64,000 nt of DNA from an uncultured delta proteobacterium (lineage in GTDB: Bacteria > Desulfobacterota > Binatia > Binatales > Binataceae). The stretch lies in contig CAWEEQ010000004.1 of the NCBI GenBank assembly GCA_963808235.1, forward strand, positions 3,456,001 through 3,520,000, read 5' to 3'. Below, piece by piece: positions 48,188 through 58,932 of the stretch (positions within the stretch are counted from its first letter, which is position 1; each line of letters starts with the position of its first letter). Position numbers and translations under genes: made by a program. The notes under the pieces are model-generated. The model was not told the DNA's origin and searched no databases. It was given only the letters and a program-made list of their open reading frames with translations.

Positions 48188-48790
48188 TTACTTGGGGAAG
48201 CCGTCGACTAATTCGCGGAGGCGTTGTTTTGCGCCGTCGATCACCGATGCTCCGTCGCCGACCAGGATTGTGTCGAAGTCGAGGGCGAGCAGTTGCTGTA
48301 TGTTGCGCCGCAATCGAGGCGGGTCATCCATGACGCTCTCGCGGAGCAGCTTGAGGCGTCCGGGCGGATCGCCCCCGACCGCGTCGCCGACGATCAGGCA
48401 TTTTCGCACGGGCCAGAGGAATGCCACTTCGCCGGGGCTCTTTCCGCTGACGCCGATCACTTCGAGCGCGCCGATTTTTTCGCCTGCGCGGAGCTCACCG
48501 TCGACCACGGCGCCTTGTGCTTTCGCATAGGCGGCATCATCCGGATGAATGTAAGTGCGAGCCCCGGTATTCTCGCGAACGCGATTTGCCGCGCGGAGAT
48601 GATTTCGGTTGGTAAGGAGAATCCGGCTCACGCCCAGCCGAACCAGTTCGCTCATCACTTGATCATTCGGATCGACCGGGTCGATACACAGATTGCCCGA
48701 CGGATCGGGGATCAGCAGGCTGTTGAAGTTGTATCCATGCGGCTCGGAAAACCAGACCCACGTAAGTACATCGCCGAGAATCGTTTCCAT
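48188..48790 (-). CDS. Metallo-beta-lactamase-fold protein with degenerate metal motif
   Basis: CIDP, LTNRNHLR, GKSPGE, IVGDA, LVGDG. Confidence 0.75.
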   Translation of the reverse strand: METILGDVLTWVWFSEPHGYNFNSLLIPDPSGNLCIDPVDPNDQVMSELVRLGVSRILLTNRNHLRAANRVRENTGARTYIHPDDAAYAKAQGAVVDGELRAGEKIGALEVIGVSGKSPGEVAFLWPVRKCLIVGDAVGGDPPGRLKLLRESVMDDPPRLRRNIQQLLALDFDTILVGDGASVIDGAKQRLRELVDGFPK

Positions 48791-48965
48791 CGCACGCGCT
48801 CCTCACAGATGAAGTCGCGCCGCCAATCTTAATCCCGCGCGAGAGTGCAATTCCAACCCTCCAACGGGTTCACGCGGTTGGCAGCCGGCACGCGACCCGA
48901 CTATTGATAGAAAATGCCCGCGGCGAGCAGGGCTGGAAATCACGCGAGGGAGAGAAAAAGTCATC

Positions 48966-49829
48966 ATGGGCAAACTTGAAAAGAAAGTAGCAGTCATCAC
49001 TGGCGCAGCGAGTGGAATCGGGCGCGCCACCGCAATCCGGTTCGCGGGTGAGGGCGCCGCGGTCGTGATCGCCGACCTCAATCGCGAGGGCGGCGAGGCC
49101 GCGGTGCGCGATTGTCGAGAGAACGGCGGCAGCGCGGTGTTTCAGCTCGCGGACGTGTCGAGCGAAGAAGACATCAAGGGCGCGGTCGATCGTGCGGTCA
49201 AGGAGTTCGGACGCCTCGACATAATGTACAACAACGCCGGCCTGGGCGGCGCGGTCGGCCCTCTCGAGAAAACCAGCGCCGCGAACTGGGACCGCAGTTT
49301 CTCGATTCTGCTGCGCGCGGTGTTCCTGGGGATCAAGCACTCGGTACCCGAGATGCGCAAGACCGGCGGCGGATCAATCGTCTCGACGGCCTCGATTGCC
49401 GGATTGCGCGGTGCCCCCGGGTTGCACGCATACTGCGCCGCCAAGGCTGGAGTGATCAGTCTGACCCGCTCGGCATCGATCGAATTCGCCAAGGACAAGA
49501 TTCGCGTCAATTGCATTTGTCCGGGACTGATCGCAACGCCGCTGACTTACAACCGCATACCAGGTGGTGAGCAAACGGCGACGCAACTGTTTGCGGCGTT
49601 TCAGCCGTGGCCGCGCGCAGGACGTCCCGAAGACATCGCGGCGATGGCGTTGTTCCTGGCGAGCGACGACTCGGAGTTCGTCAGTGGTCAAGCGATGGTG
49701 GTAGACGGAGCAGTGACATCAGGGATGGGCGCGGGAAGCCTGGCGCAAGGGTCGCAAGGGGCGTCGATGCCGTCGATCTTAGATGACGAATGGTCGGGGC
49801 CGTCATTCCAGATGAAGCGGCCTTCTTGA
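48966..49829 (+). CDS. Short-chain dehydrogenase/reductase
   Basis: TGAASGIG, NNAG, YCAAK, IRVNCICPG. Confidence 0.95.
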   Translation: MGKLEKKVAVITGAASGIGRATAIRFAGEGAAVVIADLNREGGEAAVRDCRENGGSAVFQLADVSSEEDIKGAVDRAVKEFGRLDIMYNNAGLGGAVGPLEKTSAANWDRSFSILLRAVFLGIKHSVPEMRKTGGGSIVSTASIAGLRGAPGLHAYCAAKAGVISLTRSASIEFAKDKIRVNCICPGLIATPLTYNRIPGGEQTATQLFAAFQPWPRAGRPEDIAAMALFLASDDSEFVSGQAMVVDGAVTSGMGAGSLAQGSQGASMPSILDDEWSGPSFQMKRPS

Positions 49830-49845
49830 GAGGGAGATCTACATC

Positions 49846-50298
49846 ATGAAAACGATCGATGAACTGGTTATCGAGCTTGCCGATCGCGAAGCGATTCGTG
49901 ACTTGCCGGTTCGCTATTGCGATTGCGTTTGGCAGAACGATCTCAAGACGATGGTCGAGCTTTTCACCGAGGACGGAACATTCGTGGTAAAGGGGCCTAA
50001 GCGCGAAGCGACCACCAAAGGGCGCGCCGAACTTCGCAAGATGTACGAACAGGCGCTAGGCGACGTATCGCCGCGTCCTTACATCCACAACCACGTCGTG
50101 AATTTGCAGAGTAAGAGCAAGGCGAGTGGCAGGTGCTACGTCGAGCTGCGCAGTGCCGCGCGCAATATGGAGTGGATAGGAACCGGCTACTATGACGATG
50201 AGTACGTGAAGGTCGGCGAGGAGTGGAAGTTCGCGTTGCGGCGGTTCACGAGTATCAGGCTTCCGGCGCCGGCTGAGCAGAGCGGAAAGAAATCATAG
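49846..50298 (+). CDS. NTF2/SnoaL-like protein
   Basis: LADREAIRDLPVRYC, LFTEDG, GYYDDEYVKVGEEWKF. Confidence 0.88.
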   Translation: MKTIDELVIELADREAIRDLPVRYCDCVWQNDLKTMVELFTEDGTFVVKGPKREATTKGRAELRKMYEQALGDVSPRPYIHNHVVNLQSKSKASGRCYVELRSAARNMEWIGTGYYDDEYVKVGEEWKFALRRFTSIRLPAPAEQSGKKS

Positions 50299-50332
50299 AT
50301 AGAACGACCACCTGGATCGGGAGCGTCGAGAA

Positions 50333-51043
50333 ATGATCGTCCAAATCTACAGCATGACTTCGATAGCCGATGCCGTCGCGACGGCCCAGGCAGGTGCTGC
50401 CCTTATCGGCGTGGTCGTCGCGGAGCCGGGTATCGTTGCCGAGGGTATCGGCGCCGATGCGGCTCGCGAGGTGCTGGCGGCGATCCGGCCGCGCGCTCGC
50501 GGTGTAGCGCTCTCACTTTCGGACGATCGCGAGGAGATCTGCGCGATGGTCGACGCGGTGCAGCCCGACGTCCTGCACCTCGCCGCGCGTGAAATCGAAC
50601 CGGAGGACTGCGCGTGGATTCGCAAGCGCATCGCCCCGATTATGCTGTTGCGTGCGATTGCCGTCCGCGCCGGAGAGACTCTCAGCGAGGCCGATGCGCA
50701 TCAAGAGTGCGCCGATTATCTGATGCTCGACTCCGGTGCGAAGAACCTGCCCTCGCTCGGCGCGACCGGCGAGACGCACGACTGGTCCGTGAGCCGGACC
50801 ATCGTCGAGCGCTCACGTATACCGGTGATCCTGGCGGGCGGCTTGTCTGCGGAGAATGTCGCGGATGCGATCGCCGCGGTCAGGCCGTGGGGCGTCGATT
50901 CGTTCACGCACACTGACGTGCCGGGGCATCGTGGAAAAAAGGATCCGGTCAGAGTGCGCGCGTTTACGGCGGCGGCGCTTCGCGGTTTTGCGGCAATGAT
51001 CGAATCGCAGACGCCAAAGAACTTGGCCAGGAACAGCTGGTAA
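50333..51043 (+). CDS. trpF: Phosphoribosylanthranilate isomerase-like
   Basis: LMLDS, GATGETHDW, PVILAGGLSAENV, PWGVDS. Confidence 0.8.
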   Translation: MIVQIYSMTSIADAVATAQAGAALIGVVVAEPGIVAEGIGADAAREVLAAIRPRARGVALSLSDDREEICAMVDAVQPDVLHLAAREIEPEDCAWIRKRIAPIMLLRAIAVRAGETLSEADAHQECADYLMLDSGAKNLPSLGATGETHDWSVSRTIVERSRIPVILAGGLSAENVADAIAAVRPWGVDSFTHTDVPGHRGKKDPVRVRAFTAAALRGFAAMIESQTPKNLARNSW

Positions 51044-51296
51044 TCGAACATTTACCAGACACATCCAATTAATTCGCGACGCAGTGTTGGCTCGTACGTG
51101 AATAAGATGTAAGAGGATAGACGGGTGGAGGAATCGGGATGGCGGTTGGCCAGCACGGACTCTTTCGAGCCGGCTTTTATTGTTCTCTGTTACATCTACA
51201 GAGAACCCTAGAAGCAAGGTTCACCCATTCCCAGAAAATGTCTCTTGTCGCATACGCAATGTAGTTGCGATGCGGCATAGTGACCACGCATAGATC

Positions 51297-51830
51297 ATGA
51301 GATCGCGCCGTGCCATATTTCTCGACCGCGATGGGGTGATTAATCGGGTCATCTTTCGCGATGGGAAGCCTGCGGGACCAAGAGAGGTTTCTCAGTTCGA
51401 ATTTGTGCCGGGAATCGAGGAGCCTATCGGACGTTTGCGCACCGCCGGTTTCAAGCTCTTTGTCGTCAGCAATCAACCCGATATTGCACGCGGTCTTCTG
51501 ACCGCGGAACAACTGCAGCTGATGAGTGATAAGCTTGTCGCTAAGCTGCAAGTTGACGCCGTGCGGGTGTGTCCGCACGATGACCATCACGGATGTAGCT
51601 GTCGCAAACCGAACCCGGGCATGCTCCTGGACCTGGCTCGCGAGTACGACATCACACTCGCTGGTTCCTACCTGATAGGTGACTCATGGAAAGACACGCT
51701 GGCCGCGCGAGCAGCTGGTTGTGAGCCGATCATGCTCGATCGGCCTTACAACCGGGATGACTCGGCGGATAGACGAGCGTCGGATCTGAGTGAGGCAGTG
51801 GATATGATACTCGGGGAGGCCGGGCGATGA
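51297..51830 (+). CDS. gmhB: D-glycero-D-manno-heptose-1,7-bisphosphate phosphatase (HAD IIIA)
   Basis: FLDRDGVIN, VSNQPD, CPH...CSCRKPNPGM, IGDSWKD. Confidence 0.88.
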   Translation: MRSRRAIFLDRDGVINRVIFRDGKPAGPREVSQFEFVPGIEEPIGRLRTAGFKLFVVSNQPDIARGLLTAEQLQLMSDKLVAKLQVDAVRVCPHDDHHGCSCRKPNPGMLLDLAREYDITLAGSYLIGDSWKDTLAARAAGCEPIMLDRPYNRDDSADRRASDLSEAVDMILGEAGR

Positions 51831-52441
51831 ACGATCAGTTCGGGGAATACGTCGCGTCGTATCTGCTTGAGGCGCAAAAGATCTGTTCTACCGTCTCCCA
51901 GAGTGACATCGCAAAGATCGTCGAAGGGTTGGTGCATCTGCGGAGCAAAGGTGGACGTCTTTTTTTCCTGGGTGTGGGCGGCAGCGCTGCAAACGCGTCG
52001 CACGCGGTGAACGACTTTCGCAAGATCGCCAACATCGAGAGTTACGCACCTACCGACAACGTTGCAGAGCTAACCGCGCGCATCAATGACGACGGCTGGG
52101 AGCATTCCTATTCGCGATGGCTAATGGGCAGCAAGCTGCGTCGCGAAGATGCGGTCTTCGTATTATCGGTGGGTGGGGGCAATGCCGAGCGACGTGTTAG
52201 CGTGAATTTGATCGAAGCGTTGCGAGTAGCAGAGAAAGCAGGAGCTAAAATCTACGGAATAGTCGGCCGCGATGGAGGATACACCGCGAAGGTTGCCGAC
52301 GCGTGCGTAATTGTGCCCGTCGTCAATTCCGAAACGGTCACACCACACACAGAGGCATTTCAGGCTGTGATATGGCATCTCATCGTGTCGCATCCTAAGC
52401 TGATCGCCAATAACATGAAGTGGGAATCGATTAAAAAGTAG
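51827..52441 (+). CDS. gmhA: Sedoheptulose-7-phosphate isomerase (SIS)
   Basis: GVGGSAANASH, TARINDDGW, LSVGGG, GRDGG, HTEAFQ; ATGA overlap with gmhB. Confidence 0.85.
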   Translation: MNDQFGEYVASYLLEAQKICSTVSQSDIAKIVEGLVHLRSKGGRLFFLGVGGSAANASHAVNDFRKIANIESYAPTDNVAELTARINDDGWEHSYSRWLMGSKLRREDAVFVLSVGGGNAERRVSVNLIEALRVAEKAGAKIYGIVGRDGGYTAKVADACVIVPVVNSETVTPHTEAFQAVIWHLIVSHPKLIANNMKWESIKK

Positions 52442-52473
52442 GCGTGCATCTAGATCGCGGAGGGGGATTGAGA

Positions 52474-53151
52474 ATGAAGATATTCGTCGACACGGCGAAC
52501 TTGGGGGAGATCGAAGAGTCACTTAAGCGTGGCTTCGTTGCTGGAATCACTACGAATCCATCGATCATGTCGAAAGAGGATCGCACGGACTTCCATCAGC
52601 ATATCGGCAAAGTAATCAAGCTGCTCAACCGCTACAAGCTCGAGATCCCCTTAAGCGTCGAAGTATTCACCTCGGACCCGAAGGAAATGGTGAGGCAGGC
52701 TCGTGAATTCGTTGCAGAGTTTGGCGCCTACAAGGGCTTGACCGTTAAGGTGCCTATAGGTTGGAACGAATTGGAAGTGATCAGCAAGCTGAAGGCTGAA
52801 GGCATTCGTGTAAACTGCACCTGTTGTATGTCGTTCAATCAAGCGGTGATGGCTGCCGGCGCAGGGGCCGATTTCGTGAGCATCTTCTATGGCCGAATCA
52901 GGGACATCGGATACGACGCTCGCTCGGTCGTCGAGTCGGTGCATCGTGTTTTCAAAGAATGGTCGAGTCCATCGCAGATCATCGTAGGTAGTATCCGGCA
53001 TATCTACGATATCAATGACGCGATTATGGCCGGCGCAGATATTATCACCGTGCCTCCGAAGTTCCTGCCGCAGATGGTAAGTCATCCCAAGACCGATGAG
53101 GCGGTGAATCAGTTCCTGACCGATTTCAAGAAATGGACGAATGAGAAATAG
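52474..53151 (+). CDS. tal: Transaldolase (short TalC/FSA type)
   Basis: FVDTAN, GITTNPSI, VKVP, VNCT, IIVGSIR, HPKTD. Confidence 0.9.
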   Translation: MKIFVDTANLGEIEESLKRGFVAGITTNPSIMSKEDRTDFHQHIGKVIKLLNRYKLEIPLSVEVFTSDPKEMVRQAREFVAEFGAYKGLTVKVPIGWNELEVISKLKAEGIRVNCTCCMSFNQAVMAAGAGADFVSIFYGRIRDIGYDARSVVESVHRVFKEWSSPSQIIVGSIRHIYDINDAIMAGADIITVPPKFLPQMVSHPKTDEAVNQFLTDFKKWTNEK

Positions 53152-53179
53152 TATGCGCATCGCAGGGATGCGCGGTGGT

Positions 53180-54166
53180 TCAGCGATCGCGGACTAAGAC
53201 TACCGAGCCATCGAAATCGAAGCCGAAGTCCATCTCGGACAAACCTGCTCCCTGCATCGTCGTCCGCAGCAAGCGGCGGTCATTGGTGTGGAACAGCAAA
53301 AATCCGCTCCCACCTGCGCCGACCAGCTTGCCACCTGTCGCCCCACCCTTCGTGCGCGCCAAATCGTAAAGCTGGTCGATTTGTTCGCTGGTCATTCCAA
53401 TTGAGCGAGCTCTCTTGCGCATCCAATGCTCGTGCATCAGTTCGCCAAAGTGGCGTACATCGCCTTTCTCGAGCGCGGTTCGAATCTCGAAACCCAACTG
53501 CTTAACGAAATGCAAACCATCGAGCATTGCCGCGTCGCCCTGCTCGGATTTATTTTTCTGGTCGCTCAGCAGGTCCGACGAGGCACGAGTGTATCCGACG
53601 AAGAATAGCATCAGCGAATCGCGCAGCTCGCGGAGCGCCGATTCGCTCATCCGTAGCGGCGTGACGGCCACGCCCTCGTCGGTCATATATTCCTGGCAAG
53701 TCAGTCCACCGTAAGCGGCAATGTAGTGATCCTGCTTACCGACCGGCATCCCAAGCCGATTCATCTCGATGTCGAACGCCTCCCTGGCCAGCGTCTCGGC
53801 ACCAACTGGTTGACGCTTGTAAGCGTGCAGGGCGTGCAGCAGTCCGACCAGGAATGTCCCGGAAGAGCCGACGCCCGTACCGGAGGGCACGTCGGCGATG
53901 CTAACGATTTCGACCGGGCTCGGCATGTTATGCAGGCGTAGCGCCTCGCGAATTAGCGAATGGCGGATTGCATCAATCGTTTCAGCCAGTTCCATTTCCG
54001 AGTACTTGAGAAAATATCCAGGGAAGAAAGTTCTGTTGATGCTGATGTAAGTGTACTTGTTGATCGCCGCGGAGATTACAAAGCCACCGAACTGGCGATA
54101 GTAAGACGGCAGATCCGTTCCGCCTCCTCCGAGTGAGATACGAAGGGGTGTCCTGGTTATGATCAT
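53180..54166 (-). CDS. hddA: GHMP kinase, D-glycero-alpha-D-manno-heptose-7-phosphate kinase-like
   Basis: RTPLRISLGGGGTDLP, PSGTGVGSSG, GKQD, GGKLVGAGGSG. Confidence 0.85.
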   Translation of the reverse strand: MIITRTPLRISLGGGGTDLPSYYRQFGGFVISAAINKYTYISINRTFFPGYFLKYSEMELAETIDAIRHSLIREALRLHNMPSPVEIVSIADVPSGTGVGSSGTFLVGLLHALHAYKRQPVGAETLAREAFDIEMNRLGMPVGKQDHYIAAYGGLTCQEYMTDEGVAVTPLRMSESALRELRDSLMLFFVGYTRASSDLLSDQKNKSEQGDAAMLDGLHFVKQLGFEIRTALEKGDVRHFGELMHEHWMRKRARSIGMTSEQIDQLYDLARTKGGATGGKLVGAGGSGFLLFHTNDRRLLRTTMQGAGLSEMDFGFDFDGSVVLVRDR

Positions 54167-54198
54167 CTGTTTCTTCCTCTCATTCGAACGATGATCGA

Positions 54199-54915
54199 TT
54201 ACGACTTTGATCTGCCTCCCGTAACTGTCCGCAGAAAGGCATCTGTCTCGGCAAGGCCTATGGGTGAGCCAACCTCATAAAAGCGCTCGCTGACTTCATA
54301 ACCGCCAAGGAGACCTTGCCTGGCCAGATCTTGATATATGTCTGCCAGATCAAACGCTACATCTGCTGGCCGCGCCGACAACACGCTCGCTTCGAGTACG
54401 CCCAGTCCGTAGTCGATGTAGAGCATCGCAGCAGTGTGATGAGCCTTGTCATAACGTCGAACGACGCCGTCCGCAAACTCGACGTTGCTCTTATCAAAGC
54501 GGTCGATGTTGCGATAGACTGTCATGAGAGCTGGATGCCCTGAGGCACGGAAGGCCGCATAGACCGGACGGAAAGGCGTCCCAAGGTAGCTGTCTCCGTA
54601 CATTACCATGAATCTCTCGCCGAGCATGGGCAGAGCACGACGTAATGCGCCACCGGTGCCTAGCGGCGTATCACCATCGCGTGAAAAACGCACCCGGCAG
54701 CCGAACATCGCGCCATCTTGAACAAAAGACTCTATCTGCTCACTTAGGAAACCTGTGCAGATGACAACTTCGGTGATCGACTGACGCACGAGCATGCGGA
54801 GCTGATGGGCGATGAATGGCTCGCCAGCAACCAAGATCATCGACTTAGGAATAGTCGCTGTAATCGGTCGTAGTCGCGTTGCCTGCCCTCCAGCTAGCAG
54901 CGCCAACCGCGGCAT
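54199..54915 (-). CDS. hddC: Sugar-1-phosphate nucleotidyltransferase (HddC-like guanylyltransferase)
   Basis: LAGGQATRLRP, PKSM, PLGTGGAL, YGDSY. Alternative start at 54942. Confidence 0.75.
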   Translation of the reverse strand: MPRLALLAGGQATRLRPITATIPKSMILVAGEPFIAHQLRMLVRQSITEVVICTGFLSEQIESFVQDGAMFGCRVRFSRDGDTPLGTGGALRRALPMLGERFMVMYGDSYLGTPFRPVYAAFRASGHPALMTVYRNIDRFDKSNVEFADGVVRRYDKAHHTAAMLYIDYGLGVLEASVLSARPADVAFDLADIYQDLARQGLLGGYEVSERFYEVGSPIGLAETDAFLRTVTGGRSKS

Positions 54916-54919
54916 TCGC

Positions 54920-55915
54920 TCATTGTCGGATAATGCGGTCATCGGCTATCAGCGCAAGCAATGATGCGCGCAAGGCTTCGCGGCTGCTATGAAGGCATTG
55001 CCACCCTAGACTTCGGATCCGGTCAGTATTCATCCGCACCACCGGGACATCCCCTTTCCATCCGCGGTCACCCCCAGAATACTCGAACCGCGGATGGACG
55101 GGCAGCGCGAGGCATTCGACGGCAAGCTCCGCGATTTCGGTTACCGTTATGTAGTCGCCGGTAGCAACGTTGAATGCGTCGAAGCGCTTGGTTGAGTGAC
55201 GATTGGCATGCATGACTGCCGCGATCACATCTGAGACATGAATGTACGACTTGCTTTGACTGCCATCGCCGAGAATTGAGAGGCGGCTCGGATCAGCCAC
55301 GAGGCGACGAACAAAGTCGAGCCCTACGCCGTGTGTCTGCCGCGGTCCGACGACGTTGCCAAACCGAAACGCACAGCCACTAAGATCGAACATGAAACAG
55401 TATGCACTAATCAGAGCCTCACCCGATAGCTTGCTTGCGCCATAGGTGGATACTGGAATGAGTGGGCCGTGATCTTCTTGCGCTTCAACTTCGCCGAGAT
55501 CGCCGTAGACGCCACTTCCGGAAGCATAGAGGATACGCCGCACGCCGGTACGACGCATCGCTTCAATGACATTGTTGGTGAGTGCCGTGCCCTGGTGGAA
55601 GTCAATCTCTGGTTCGACCGCCGCTCTCGCGATATCGGGATTTGAGGCAAGATGGATGACGATATCGTGGCCGCTCATCGCGGCGGCTAGACGAGCCATT
55701 TCGCCGATGTCGCCGCGCACTATGCGCAAGCGCGCGTCGTCGAGATGATGTTCATAGTGCCATTCGCGCCCAGACGAGAAGTTGTCGTAGATCGTCACGG
55801 CACCGACATGCCGGTCGGCGAGCAGATGATCGGCGAAGTGACTGCCTAGAAAGCCAGCGCCACCCACAATCATGTAGCGGTTACCCAAATCCGCCCGTAT
55901 TGATGCGGCAGTCAT
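54920..55915 (-). CDS. NAD-dependent nucleotide-sugar epimerase/dehydratase
   Basis: GGAGFLGSH, HLASN, SGVYG, YGASK, RFGNVVG. Confidence 0.9.
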   Translation of the reverse strand: MTAASIRADLGNRYMIVGGAGFLGSHFADHLLADRHVGAVTIYDNFSSGREWHYEHHLDDARLRIVRGDIGEMARLAAAMSGHDIVIHLASNPDIARAAVEPEIDFHQGTALTNNVIEAMRRTGVRRILYASGSGVYGDLGEVEAQEDHGPLIPVSTYGASKLSGEALISAYCFMFDLSGCAFRFGNVVGPRQTHGVGLDFVRRLVADPSRLSILGDGSQSKSYIHVSDVIAAVMHANRHSTKRFDAFNVATGDYITVTEIAELAVECLALPVHPRFEYSGGDRGWKGDVPVVRMNTDRIRSLGWQCLHSSREALRASLLALIADDRIIRQ

Positions 55916-56051
55916 CGTGGGTTCTCGACGCCAGGCCTTTTCACTCTTCAATCATAGCGCTTTTTTCAAGGCATTTTCACCTGTATCCTCATATGGCGCA
56001 TGGTGGGGACTTCGAGTGGCCGGAATCGTGCGGGGTGCGCCCGGGGGGAGC

Positions 56052-57704
56052 GTGAATAGGACTGTTTCGATCTGGCTCGAAAAAGGAGGCACTCTCCTGA
56101 GCCGCGATGTTGGAGTGGCTTCGGCCTTCGTCGGCGTGATCGCGTTGAGTTTGCGGCTTCTGTTGCTGCCTATCATTCCGCGACCAGTGCCTATCACTCA
56201 TGATGAATTCAGTTATCTTTTGGAAGCCAAGACTTTTTTGTCTGGACGCCTCACTAATCCCACCCATCCGATGTGGATACATTTTGAGACGTTTCATGTA
56301 CTGTCGCATCCCACTTATGCCTCGAAGTATCCTCCAGGTATGGGTCTAATGTTGGCTCTTGGCCAGCTGGTGTTTCATGATCCTTGGGCCGCAGTCTTGA
56401 TCAGCATGGCTGTGCTGTGCGGGCTTATCACATGGGCACTATGGGGTTGGCTGTCGCCTCGGTGGGCGATAGCGGCAGGACTTATTGCTGCCCTTCAACT
56501 CACCGGAACCTATTGGACCGACAGCTACTGGGGAGGGAGCCTCGCGGCCATAGGAGGCGCACTCCTGGTAGGGGCGTTTGCCAGGTTAGTGCGGCGCCCG
56601 GCAATGGCACCCTCATTGGTATTCGGCCTCGGGCTGGCAATTCTGGCAAATACGCGACCTTACGAAGGTTTCGTTCTCGGCGCCTTGTGTACTGTTATCT
56701 TGCTCATCCGTTTGAACTCGTTGGTCCAGAGAGCTCACACTGACTATTCGGGTTTGGTTCGTTCCATCGGTCTGCCGATAGCGTTCGTTTTGCTGCCGAC
56801 GGTCCTCTGGATGGGATACTATAACTACCGCGTGACAGGTAATCCGCTGCTGATGCCATATCAGTTGTATGAGCAGCAATACTCTTCCTGGTCGCAGTTT
56901 GTATGGTCCAATAATCCGCGACCGGAACCAAAGTACGATCACGAGATATTTCACACCTTCTGGGCAGGCTGGGACGCAAAGGAGAAGCAGTCACAGCGGC
57001 AGCACTTCTTGTTAGTACATGTGCAAAATATTCTGGAGATTACCGTTTTCTTCGTTTCTCTCCCATTGCTTTTGTGTGTGCTCCTGAGCCGCAAGAGCCT
57101 GATGCGGAATCGGCGCTTACGAATTCCCATGTATCTTTTGTTGCTCTTCTACCTGGGACTAGCTTTTGAATCGAACCTTTTACCACATTACTTTGCCCCG
57201 GCGACGGTTCTGATCTTTCTGATCGTAGCTGCCGCAGCGCGAGATTGTCTGTCCCGATTCGCGCCTGGCACTCCACGTAGAATCGCGTCCTTCGTCCTGG
57301 TCTGTTCTATGATCTCATTCGAAATTCCCCGGATCGTTTACACTGCGCGTCCCACCGATCCTTATAGGATCGATTTCCTTGCGAAACGCGACTTCGTGCT
57401 AAAGCAATTGGATAAGGAGCCCGGACTGCTCCTCGTCTTCGTTCGCTATGGTCCGAATCACTTCATTCATACCGATTGGGTGTACAATGACGCCGATATC
57501 GATAGTTCCCGGATTGTGTGGGCGCGTGCGATGCCCAATGGAAAGGACGAAGAGTTGCTGAAGTATTACCCCAATCGGCGAGCCTTTATACTCGATGATG
57601 ACGTGAAGCTGTCGCTGGAACCTATGAACACGGCAGCGCGGAAGGCGTCATCCAAGGTATTGACTCGACCTATAGACAAAAACGAGGATGGTTTGCATGG
57701 ATAA
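56052..57704 (+). CDS. Polytopic membrane protein, putative GT-C fold glycosyltransferase
   Basis: Acidic HDEFSY motif after the first TM, SKYPPG, about 10-12 TM helices, RPYEG and a soluble C-terminal domain. Confidence 0.7.
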   Translation: MNRTVSIWLEKGGTLLSRDVGVASAFVGVIALSLRLLLLPIIPRPVPITHDEFSYLLEAKTFLSGRLTNPTHPMWIHFETFHVLSHPTYASKYPPGMGLMLALGQLVFHDPWAAVLISMAVLCGLITWALWGWLSPRWAIAAGLIAALQLTGTYWTDSYWGGSLAAIGGALLVGAFARLVRRPAMAPSLVFGLGLAILANTRPYEGFVLGALCTVILLIRLNSLVQRAHTDYSGLVRSIGLPIAFVLLPTVLWMGYYNYRVTGNPLLMPYQLYEQQYSSWSQFVWSNNPRPEPKYDHEIFHTFWAGWDAKEKQSQRQHFLLVHVQNILEITVFFVSLPLLLCVLLSRKSLMRNRRLRIPMYLLLLFYLGLAFESNLLPHYFAPATVLIFLIVAAAARDCLSRFAPGTPRRIASFVLVCSMISFEIPRIVYTARPTDPYRIDFLAKRDFVLKQLDKEPGLLLVFVRYGPNHFIHTDWVYNDADIDSSRIVWARAMPNGKDEELLKYYPNRRAFILDDDVKLSLEPMNTAARKASSKVLTRPIDKNEDGLHG

Positions 57705-58932
57705 CGCCCCAGCCTCGCTGGCATCGAAACCGGACTTTGCAGCCGAGCCGGACGGTAAGGCTCCCGAGTTAACCATCCTGGTGCCAACGTTGAATGAGGA
57801 GATAACCGTCGAAGCGTTTCTGGATTGGTGTTACCAGGGAATTGACCGCTCAGGAGTCAGCGCAGAAATCATTCTGATTGATAGTTCGAACGACAGCACG
57901 CCGGCGAAAGCGAGGGCAAAAGGCGCGCGTGTCGTGACGCCGTCACGAAGAGGGCTCGGGCGGGCGTACCAGGAAGGTATACCATTCGTTCGCGGCAAGT
58001 ACGTTATCATGGGCGATGCAGACTGTACCTACGACTTCCGCGAGTTGGAGCCGTTCATACAAAAGCTGCGCGATGGTTATGAGTTCGTTATGGGCTCGCG
58101 CTTTCGGGGATACATCGAGCCGGGTTCCATGCCGGCCTTGCACCAGCATTTCGGAACGCCAGTCACGACCTGGATTCTGAACATACTCTATCGAACGCAC
58201 TTCTCGGACATTCATTGCGGGATGCGTGCTATCACCAGAGATGCCCTGGTTCGAATGGAACTCGGGTCGGAGTCATGGCAGTACGCTTCCGAGATGGTCT
58301 TGAAGTCAGTGCACATGAAGCTACGGACGGCCGAAGTCCCTGTTCGCTTTTTCAAGGACCCGGAAGGAAGACTGAGTCATCACAAGCGCGCTGGCTGGCT
58401 ATCACCATGGAAGGCGGGCTGGTCGAATCTCGAGGTGATGCTAACCCATGGCGCCGAGTTTTTTACGATTCAGCCCGGACTCGTGCTGACCGCGCTGGGA
58501 TTGTTATTTACGCTTCCGCTGATTCTGGGTCCTGTCCAAATCGGGCAGTTCAGGTTTTCGCTGTACTGGATGCTATTAGGACTGACACTTACGGTCGTCG
58601 GCATGCAGAGCGTATACGTGGGCTGCGTTACTCGGGTACTCCACGACTATAGTGGAGAGTCAAGTCGCCAACTGCTCAGACTATTCAGCTACAACCGGTC
58701 GGTACTGTTCAGCGCAGGCGTCTTCGTTGTGGGGGCCTTGTTCACGATCCCACTAGTTAGAGAATATGCGAGGCTGGGATTTACCCTATCGGGTGAGATT
58801 GGCCGACCTCATCATATGGCAATCGCCGGCTTGCTCTTTATGATAATAGCTTTCACCAATTTCGTCTTCACTCTTGTTTTGCACTCCGCAGCTTTTCGGG
58901 TACATCGACGAGATGTCTCCACAAATCCCTGA
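57697..58932 (+). CDS. GT2 polyprenol-phosphate glycosyltransferase (DPM1-like) with C-terminal TM helices
   Basis: VPTLNEE, GLGRAY, MGDADCTYD, GSRFRG, SDIHCGMRA, ASEM and 4 TM helices. Confidence 0.88.
   Translation: MDNAPASLASKPDFAAEPDGKAPELTILVPTLNEEITVEAFLDWCYQGIDRSGVSAEIILIDSSNDSTPAKARAKGARVVTPSRRGLGRAYQEGIPFVRGKYVIMGDADCTYDFRELEPFIQKLRDGYEFVMGSRFRGYIEPGSMPALHQHFGTPVTTWILNILYRTHFSDIHCGMRAITRDALVRMELGSESWQYASEMVLKSVHMKLRTAEVPVRFFKDPEGRLSHHKRAGWLSPWKAGWSNLEVMLTHGAEFFTIQPGLVLTALGLLFTLPLILGPVQIGQFRFSLYWMLLGLTLTVVGMQSVYVGCVTRVLHDYSGESSRQLLRLFSYNRSVLFSAGVFVVGALFTIPLVREYARLGFTLSGEIGRPHHMAIAGLLFMIIAFTNFVFTLVLHSAAFRVHRRDVSTNP

Noticed and set aside
50333-51043. Tryptophan biosynthesis operon
   Set aside because: Only a lone trpF-like gene follows SDR and NTF2 genes; no other trp genes in the window.
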